Shown: positions 34,021-42,080 of the stretch, piece by piece
Layout: every line of letters begins with the position of its first letter
Position numbering within the stretch: position 1 is the first letter of the stretch
Position numbers and translations under genes: made by a program
The notes under the pieces: generated by a model
What the model was told of the DNA's origin: nothing
The model's database searches: none
Seen by the model: only the letters and a program-made list of their open reading frames with translations
NCBI GenBank assembly: GCA_013115145.1
Contig: JAAPAO010000295.1
Span: 1 to 42,080, forward strand
Length of the DNA stretch: 42,080 nt
Source of the DNA: Perkinsus chesapeaki ATCC PRA-425
Taxonomy: Eukaryota > Protista > Perkinsozoa
Direction: 5' to 3'

Positions 34021-34788
34021 CTATCTAAGTGGCACCTGGAAGTCTTGATCAATAAAAGGTATTGTGAGGTTATACTCGCCACGGCCCTCCCACCAAACGC
34101 GGAGGTCTAGACCACTAAACAGATGCCAGTTCAATACCGAACCGCCCAAAGTGCTCATAGCCATCGTGAAGTTCACACTACTATTTGCGTGCTCATCACC
34201 GCCAGTGGCAAGTACAGAAGAGTTAAACCGTACATCAAAGTCTTGGCCTAATATGGCGTAACTGAAGGGAGTCGCGAAAGGCGTCCTCATCACTTGCCGT
34301 CCCTTTGAATACAGATCGAAGTCGCCCGATAACCCAAAGTGCGCAACGAACTCCTGAGTGGCGTTGTCGAATTTGGTCTCCCCACCATCGGTGCAGATTG
34401 TTAGAGCACCAACCGCTTCATCGGGCTTCCAGTCAGGAAAGAAGTCCTGCTTGATAATGGTGGCGCAACCGCCCGTGTTAGCATTCAGGCGATTAGCAAC
34501 ACCCGTATCCTGTATCTCAAAACCCATCCCAAAAGTGACGCTCCTATTAAGGAAAACGTCAAACATATGCAAGTTGAAGTCCAAGATCCATAATCTACCC
34601 AGATCCACAGCTCCTGTTATACAGAAGGTCAGGTTACCAATTCTAGTAGTTGGGCCACATCCGATGGGAAAGGTGAAATTGACAGGATTAAGGGCACGAA
34701 CAACAGGATCATCACTCAGGATCTCATTCCCAAACGTTTGTGTAGCTGATAGTAGAGCACTTAAGACCAACAGCTGTGAGACCGCCAT
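34021..34788 (-). CDS. Hypothetical secreted protein X2 (intronless)
   Basis: 255-aa ORF, signal peptide MAVSQLLVLSALLSATQTFG, homologous to X1 over its full length. Confidence 0.78.
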   Translation of the reverse strand: MAVSQLLVLSALLSATQTFGNEILSDDPVVRALNPVNFTFPIGCGPTTRIGNLTFCITGAVDLGRLWILDFNLHMFDVFLNRSVTFGMGFEIQDTGVANRLNANTGGCATIIKQDFFPDWKPDEAVGALTICTDGGETKFDNATQEFVAHFGLSGDFDLYSKGRQVMRTPFATPFSYAILGQDFDVRFNSSVLATGGDEHANSSVNFTMAMSTLGGSVLNWHLFSGLDLRVWWEGRGEYNLTIPFIDQDFQVPLR

Positions 34789-35090
34789 TAAGAACTAATA
34801 ACCTTGATTCTACCGCAAAGTGCTTCAGCTAATCCGCCCCCTACAACGGGAAACTCAACCATGTACACGAAGAAGGTGAACATTCAATTAACAAAGGCGT
34901 TTACTAAACACAACACTGCTATTTGTGAACACCAGTAAATGCGGCTACTGCCAAAGAAGTTGAGTAAAAGCAAAGGCTAGCATATGCTAGACTGAAAACG
35001 GAGTAGCATCGCCGTAATGCAATCGCGGCACGAGCGCCATCCGATCGCGCGTGCCAAAATTGCGTGCATAGGCGTTCAGCAGGACGTTCA

Positions 35091-36605
35091 TCACAACCAG
35101 CGCAACCTACAAGAAGCTCTCAGCAGATGCAACCACGAGCGACGGGCATACTTCTTCTGATGTCTTTTCGATGCGATATGTTGTTCGACACGATCGGCAC
35201 AATCGAGCAATGCGCCGCATATATTACAGGTGAAATAGTTGTCTCTCGCTGACAACAACACCAAGTTGCTTAACAGCGACAAAGAGCACCAGCTAAGTTC
35301 CACTGGAAACTCGTCGAGCTTGGTAACTTTGGTAAATATTCTTACTTGGGGAGATGTGATGGCGATGAATCAGGTTATTTGGGTCTGGCATGTCCCGTAG
35401 GAGATTCTCAGCAATTTCGCTCCGCCTGAATAAACAACGTTTTCAAGCTTGGTGCCGAATCAAGTGACCTCCAAGGCTTCCCCTCAGAAATGGCCGAAGC
35501 CTCGCAATGCCAAAAAGTGTGCTTCATGTATTCGCGATGAATATTTGAATTTACGTGCCGGGTGGCCTGATAAAAATGAAATAAAACGTCCCGCGGCGGG
35601 ATCGAACCCGCGACCTACATCATAGTAGCTCTGCGGAGACTTCTCACAGTGCACACACCGCAGAGTTTTAGATGGAGTCTCGAATACTCCAAGTTTGCCT
35701 AGACTCTCGCCGTACCTAATAAAAGATAACCAACTCCATGCGTACCAATACGCGCCACTCATCGTCTATCAACTCGGGCATCATACAACAGCTAAGAGTA
35801 GCTACAGTACGCGACGTCTAGAAATGCGTGCTAGAGCCGGGCAACTAAAACGGTAACAATTGCTTAATGGGCGATGCCAGTACAGTCCTTGATTATTAAT
35901 CACTACGACCGTAATGTTCTTAAAGCCATATTATTCGCCATCTTTGGCTGAACAACGAACTTGCATGCGATCAACACTGAACAAACTTAGTAACACTCCC
36001 GAACATTGTCTGATGGATCCGTTCCAAGCCGACCTAGCCTACCGCTCCCGTATAAAGTTCTCAATGTTTTCCCACGTTTGGTAACGAGCTGCCTTTTGAT
36101 GGCGCCGGGTGTGGATATGTGCCCAACAGTCCGCATGGCCCCACAGCTCCATATCACATAAAATGCACACGAACCGATTGTCCCTGAAAAAAAGCCTGCC
36201 GTAGGCTGACGACACCGTACTTACCCTCGATCCTCGAAACATTCCCGACAAGCAAACCTGGGGTCCGTCTCTGAAAAATTCATCGGCACTCTGGGCAGAC
36301 TCCCGGCCACTCTATCGTAGGGGCCCTAAAACTCAGTAACAAAGTCATTCCACAGATCCAACGTTACTTTGCTGCGCGGTCTAGATCTTATCGGATGCGC
36401 CCGCATAATCGCGCCAATGCTACCGCCGCTCGGCACAATAGCCCAATCGCTCGCATCATCGTCCAGCGAACTTCTCCAGCCGCTCACGACAGGACTTTCG
36501 TCTTCGTATTTGACTTCTCTCTTGATGAACTAAAATCCACTCTTCGCAAATATTTCGCATACCGACTTTTACCCCGTAATACGTAGGCTCTTCCCAGATA
36601 CGCAT
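35091..36605 (-). CDS. Triple U1/matrin-type (C-x2-C-x12-H-x5-H) zinc-finger protein, copy 2, multi-exon; start uncertain
   Basis: CILCDMELWGHADCWAHIHTRRH, CVHCEKSPQSYYD|ATRHVNSNIH and CNICGALLDCADRVEQHIASKRH; linker DPRFACREC. Confidence 0.72.
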
Positions 36606-36852
36606 TCGAAAAAAACGATTCTACAGCAAAAACTAGCTCCCCAGCCTGTCCCCTCAACACGAGACAAATCGAGCAAAATCATGAACTGCCGAGACTGACG
36701 GTAATTGGACACTGAAACGACTGGATGTACACGATTGAACACACTCGTCCAGCCTCAAAGCAGATCAACCATGCGGGAATGCACCCGTGAATGGAATTAT
36801 TGCTGGCTGTCGAATGTTTGGTATAAAAAATAACGTTCAGCTTTTAAGCAGC

Positions 36853-39800
36853 TCAGTTACGGCGAGATCTTTTGGCCGATACTTCAGCCTCCCAATCGCG
36901 CCATCGCTTCCTAAATACGATGATAGTAACAACTGTTATTCAACAAAGTCGCTACTTCTTCAGGTGTCCTCTAGATGCTACATGTTCTTGCATTCGACCT
37001 AGGCAGTCTATAGTGCTATCACAGAAAGCGCAGCGGAAGTGGCGGCTGGCAACGCTTGAAGAGCTGTCAACTGAAAACAACAAAATTCATACCAATGAGC
37101 GTAAATCCTGAGTGAAGTAAAGTTCTACATACAACTAACTCGATGGGGAAAGAGTACAGAGGAACGCACTCTATTACGTTCTACATGTCGACCTCAATCT
37201 CAAAGTGTACCCACACTCAACAAGGACTGACGTCAGGAAGTTCCCAACTAAGTTGAATCATTCCACTTACTCTGACATCAGCCCCTCGTATCTCACATTC
37301 GAATGTTCCGTATGTTTGTATATTCAATAATAATCCATCCCTTCCATTGTACTCACCAGGAATGATACCTTCCTCTTCTATTAGTCTCCTAGGGTCCGGC
37401 ATATCCTTCAAAAGATACTGTGTTACCGCATGCAGCCGTCGATCATTTCTGACACTCAACAACAAATGGCCTCAGCAACAACACACCCTACCACACACTT
37501 CTCCGAAGCCATGATAACTATACATAATGATATTCATCATTTCATTGATATTATACGTAATCACTCAGCAACTATTTATTTGATATATATAACAATATAA
37601 GTATACAACATAGGACTGTACACAGAGACAACTTAATACCCATCAACCCTACCTCATCATCCCATCACCCTTCATAATAGCATTAGCTGTCTCCCACCAA
37701 GCAAAGTGCTGAGAATACTCATCATGCCCCGAGCTGTTAACATGTTTACTTGCCTACCAATAACAAACATCTGCCCTACTCTTCATCACAATACCACCTA
37801 CTGTATAGTAATCCAGCAATGGAACATCACATAGCTGGCAGACTAACGTCCGAGCTGCCGTCTCAACAATACCAAGCTGCTTCAGATCCTCCGAGTGTCT
37901 AACACGATATAGAATAACTAGCAAGGAACGTGGTTAGCAACGGAGCCATCGTCGAAACGTGTTCTCGGGCAGCAGACAGAAGCTATGAACGGCAAATGTG
38001 GGAATATCGATGAAATTTCAGTGTCATTTCCCGGCCCTCTGCCTTATCGTATCCAAGAGCTGTTATGTCATTGGGGAAAACTCGTCTTAAAAGCAACCAT
38101 GAACCATGAATACTAGACAAAACATTGATGACAAATATAAATCATCTTCCATCAACAGTCGACCCCAAACGCCTCGACTACAGAGAGTCACTGATTTCCT
38201 CATTCTGTGCCCCCCGGTCAGCCCTTCCCATATCACCTCCGCTTAATATATGCTTCCATATTTTCCCATACTTTATTCCTAGCTGCCTTCTTATGTCGTT
38301 TACTTCTCTCATGCAGCTCTATTTCACCAATACTCCACAGATCCATTTCACACAGTGTACATTTCCACACCCCATCTCCGCCCCTGAAACAAATTCCCAA
38401 ATCACCCCTACCAAAGCACTCCCTCCCTCTACCTCTTTTCAATTATGCAATCTTTGCATTCGAACCTCGGATCCTTTTCATCCCAATCAGCCGGCACATG
38501 CGGTAACGGACACTCTTCCCGCCCTCCCCTATCACCCTACAAATACCACCCATATACCCATCCACTCCCCTCAACTTCATTACCGTGCTATCGCGTCTCA
38601 CAACTTCACATCTATTAGCCGGCCTCAACACTACCGTTGATGCCGTGCGGGTGCTCGTGTGAGTGCCTATCCTAGACGGGTCCGGTGGATGCCGAGGTTT
38701 AGCCGGTCTCAATGTAGAGGCTGTGGCACTCTAACAAAAAGTAAATGGTAGCAATCAGACCCAAATAGCAACCGTGGTGTCGAAATATATCCCCTCTCGG
38801 AGCCCACCTTGTACTAGAGCCCACCAATGAAATATCGCACTTTCAATGATTCCACGTTGAATTTACTATGATTTCTCTCGAACTTACTTCTTTACTTTAA
38901 CTTTTTATTTTTTAAAACACGTTTAATGTTACTATTGAATGTGATAGCTTATTAATAGCATTGCAAGGTAACACGTAATAAGCGCATCCAATCAACAACC
39001 GACTATAACAACTGTACAACGGTCCACTGCGAATCCTACTAACCAACTGTTAAAGTGACATCCAAATTCCAGTCTCACTCTTCTCTACAAATTAGGTAGA
39101 ACATTGTACCGCGGCAAATTTAAAAAGTTTCATTTATATATATAGCGTACTCCTCAGCATCATCTGTAGTTAACGATCCTGTTTCCTGTTCCCTCTAGCG
39201 CTCAATGATCCTTCACATGCTCCTCCTGCATTCCAAATCTATATGATATAGATTGTTTGTATGGTAACGCTTGAACGGGATATAAACTATATCCTGTTCA
39301 AGCGTTACCCTACATACCGCTCCACACCGACTAAGTAAAACAAGCCCTACTTCCCCATAACTCCACAAACACGGACTTTTCAACACCACCAAAAATGTTT
39401 CCTTCCCCTTTGCCTTTCCTAATCTATTACCCTCTCCCTCCCCAGCTTCTCCTTATACCACCATCCAAACGGCCTCAAATTCGGTTCCGACCTCGCTGAC
39501 AGCTTTGCCCCGCCTAAAGGCCTCCTAGGCGACCCCATGTCAGATGGGCAGTAGGTCGATGGTGTACTGGCGAAATCCTAAACACCAAATTACCTAGCAC
39601 AGCAGCGGACAGTATCAAAACGCCAAGTCACTTCAGCTGCCCGTTTCTCGCTGCAACAAAATTTAGGACGTTCTTAAACGCCCTGGTCGACAAGGCAATC
39701 TCTCACAGACGTTATTCCACTATAGTAGCTTATTTCTCCTTCGCGAAATTACTCCACCCTACCGTATTATCTCCTACGGTGTCAGTGCCAGAAATAAGGC

Positions 39801-40440
39801 CTCACTTGGCTTCATTAGCCTAACCCCCCTCACCACAACTGCTGCTGCTGCTGCCGATGACGAGCTCGCTCCTCTCCTGCTAAATCCCCCCAGCGAGGCG
39901 CTTGTTCTGTAATCCCTAGATCGGGTAGTCTCCTGCCTCTTCCTTAATGGGATCTTTAACGGCCTTGGCTCTTCCTATAATATTACCCATGACGACTCCT
40001 TAACATAAACCATGACGCACCCTCTCCCAGCCCAACGCCAAATTATATTAATATTCCAATTCAACAATTGCCCGTTTTTCAGCTACAGATGAAGTTCTTC
40101 ATTTCCGACGCCTACCACTTCATAATGATCGCTGGCACTCAGCCTCCTTGCACCCCCGTAAATTCCAGTGGCGACCGGAGCCACACGATCTATTTACGAT
40201 ATATTTTAGATCAACCGCCTGCCCTCCAGCCCCGCTATAACCTGTACCCACATCAATCACTCTCCCACTTTCCTCATCCGAGCTGCATAAATCAACCTAT
40301 ACAAGCAATTAAATAACATATCACTCCCTATATCCCACCAGACTGCATTGCTCTTCATCTGGTTGAGTATAATCGACTTCTGCCTCGACCACCTCATCCT
40401 TCACAATCACACCAGAGCTGACCCTGTTACGTAAACTCAT
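36853..40440 (-). CDS. Triple U1/matrin-type zinc-finger protein, copy 1, multi-exon; exons above about 38750 only tentatively part of it
   Basis: CTLCEMDLWSIGEIELHERSKRH, CQLCDVPLLDYYT|ASKHVNSSGH and CAFCDSTIDCLGRMQEHVASRGH; linker DPRFECKDC; LLKDMPDP shared with copy 2 (LLRDMPDP); ends KRWRDWEAEVSAKRSRRN*. Confidence 0.65.
39263..39309. other. 22-bp-stem hairpin / inverted repeat
   Basis: GGTAACGCTTGAACGGGATATA-AAC-TATATCCTGTTCAAGCGTTACC; 21 of 22 pairs Watson-Crick, the other G.U on the plus transcript. Confidence 0.9.
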
Positions 40441-40586
40441 GCCACTCCGACCCTTCCTGCCTTACGATTTCGTATCCGAAATGTTCGGCGAATCAGTATC
40501 GCTTTCCAACTTCTTTCGAGGGCTATTACGAGCCTCGGGGCAATTCCTGTACAAAAATGCGTGATTTATTATTTCAAATAATAATC

Positions 40587-41396
40587 TCACTTATTTTTGT
40601 GGCGATCGCTAGTTTCCCAATGCGCTTGAGCATGGCTAATCTTACGGAACCATTCCACACATCGAAGACAGTAAATATAACCGACTGGACCTGAAAGGAG
40701 CGAGTCAACTAATGCTACCACTGGCAGCTTCAAGAGGACTGCATCCAACGGAGATGCATACATAAAGTATACGACTGCCGTAAAGTAATTGAATGGTGAG
40801 AGTAAACCCGCAGACATGTCATGGCGAAGGTATGCGGGAATACAGGGGCAGACGAGTATCCAACTATATAGTTCAAATATGAGTATCCAATAATATAGTT
40901 CAAAGATGAGTATCCAATTATATAGTTCAAAGATGAGTATCCAATAATATAGTTCAAATATGAGTATCCAATTATATAGTTCAAATATGAGTATCCAATA
41001 ATATAGTTCAAAGATGAGTATCCAATTATATAGTTCAAATATGAGTATCCAATAATATAGTTCAAAGATGAGTATCCAATAATTTAGTTCAAAGATGAGT
41101 ATCCAATTATATAGTTCAAAGATGAGTGTTTGTATATAACATGCTTTGTTGTTATTACATTTATTTCCCTCTAAATCAATAAAAGTGTTATCTTCTGTAC
41201 ACCTCACCATATCTTCTGCATTCATCCTATCCTGTATATCTTGATTCAATTCCAGTCCCCTTCTTAAATCAGAGTCATAGCAATCAGGTGGTGAACGATC
41301 GGCAGCCATAACTCCGTCCGACTCCTCACCGAGACTCTGTAGGCAACCTTTTCCTACTGGTGGCTCCACTGCCCCGGCGCCGCCGCTAGCAATCAT
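40587..41396 (-). CDS. Hypothetical hydrophobic protein containing an in-frame 9-aa repeat; exon structure uncertain
   Basis: Open frame 40587-41513 with protein-like flanks (MIASGGAG..; VCPCIPAYLRHDMSAGLLSPFNYFTAVVYFM..). Confidence 0.45.
   Translation of the reverse strand: MIASGGAGAVEPPVGKGCLQSLGEESDGVMAADRSPPDCYDSDLRRGLELNQDIQDRMNAEDMVRCTEDNTFIDLEGNKCNNNKACYIQTLIFELYNWILIFELNYWILIFELYYWILIFELYNWILIFELYYWILIFELYNWILIFELYYWILIFELYNWILIFELYYWILIFELYSWILVCPCIPAYLRHDMSAGLLSPFNYFTAVVYFMYASPLDAVLLKLPVVALVDSLLSGPVGYIYCLRCVEWFRKISHAQAHWETSDRHKNK
40854..41127. repeat. 27-bp minisatellite, 10 units plus 4 bp
   Basis: GAGTATCCAAT(T/A)ATATAGTTCAAA(G/T)AT starting at 40854, 40881, 40908 ... 41097, with no spacers. 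Confidence 0.97.
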
Positions 41397-41612
41397 TGAC
41401 CAAAGCGACACAACACTGACAAAGGTATGCTTCACTGGAAGTCTGAAACTCAATAGCACTTTGAATACGGTTTGCAAAACCGTGTTCAATCTGGGCATTG
41501 AGAGTGGTTTCAACGATCGCGAGCAATCCGGCGCTCACCTTCACCATCGGCCCGGAAAGTAGCAGAAAGTAGTCCTTTGTACACCTGGGGCCTATTTCAC
41601 AACGCTGCCACC

Positions 41613-41719
41613 TCACCTTGCTCCTTACAAATAGGTGCGAGGCGCAAGGTGCCTTAAGGTGTGAGGTGACCTATTTCACACCTTGCGCCTTATGCACCTG
41701 ATCACAAGGAGCAAGGTGA
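41613..41719. repeat. Imperfect inverted repeat with arms of about 40 bp
   Basis: TCACCTTGCTCCTT..AGGTGC..AGGCGCAAGGTG (41613-41651) mirrored at 41679-41719. Confidence 0.8.
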
Positions 41720-42080
41720 ACTGGTGTTGAATATGCTCACGTAAGTTCGCTTCTGCACGTGCGCAGAAAAAATACGAAAAAATAGATGGCCTGGGATTCG
41801 AACCTACGACTAGAACAGCAGCAGCAGGAAAAGGGTTGGTGAAGGCCCACCGGGCCCAACGTATGTCATACCAAAAACGGTGGTCAGACGAAGAAAAACG
41901 CGGGCCTTCGGCCCGCTATGGTATCCGTCACGAATAATCCGTGTTGCCCTGGAGTATTCTACAGGTCTGGCCGAGGCGAGCTTTGGTTCGGTTTAGTCCC
42001 ACATGTTGTAACCAACTCTCTCGAGAACTCAATTCACGGACTCAAGTAGTTTTGATACCCTTCAGATCACTTGTGTAGGA

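Noticed and set aside
7951-35620. tRNA T-arm/B-box-like words at about 7960, 9255, 10830 and 35595 (two of them near intron 5' ends)
   Set aside because: GGTTCGA-type 7-mers are expected about 5 times by chance on both strands of 42 kb; T-stems are imperfect and no D or anticodon arms are present.
35937-35952. Spliced-leader-like GCCATCTTTGGCTGAA
   Set aside because: Antisense within an intron, imperfect, with no SL-RNA donor or Sm context.
40854-41127. 27-bp repeats as a CRISPR array
   Set aside because: Units are contiguous with no unique spacers, there are no cas genes, and the context is eukaryotic.

Overview
Intron-rich eukaryotic DNA, probably from a Perkinsus-like alveolate (inference from many 40-60 bp GT-AG introns, an alveolate-type mL59-like gene and lineage-specific secreted families). 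The ORF track mostly shows exon fragments or antisense artefacts; my gene models were spliced by eye. Plus-strand block (about 2-16 kb): RPA70-like OB-fold gene, PIF/Harbinger-type MITE, MOK kinase, mL59-like gene and UCHL5. A duplicated mL59-3'/UCHL5-5' junction brackets a 2.2 kb cargo holding an inverted secreted-protein gene and a Tc1/mariner MITE. Minus-strand block (about 16-41.5 kb): a gene with about four degenerate NDK-like domains that hosts an intronic tRNA-Thr(CGT); a secreted-protein island (cathepsin Z, mosaic mucin-like genes, two pairs of tandem paralogues); two tandem triple U1/matrin zinc-finger genes; and an ORF with a 27-bp in-frame VNTR. There are two N gaps. Best leads: the module-shuffled mucin family, the junction-duplication cargo, and the tRNA-hosting multi-NDK pseudoenzyme.
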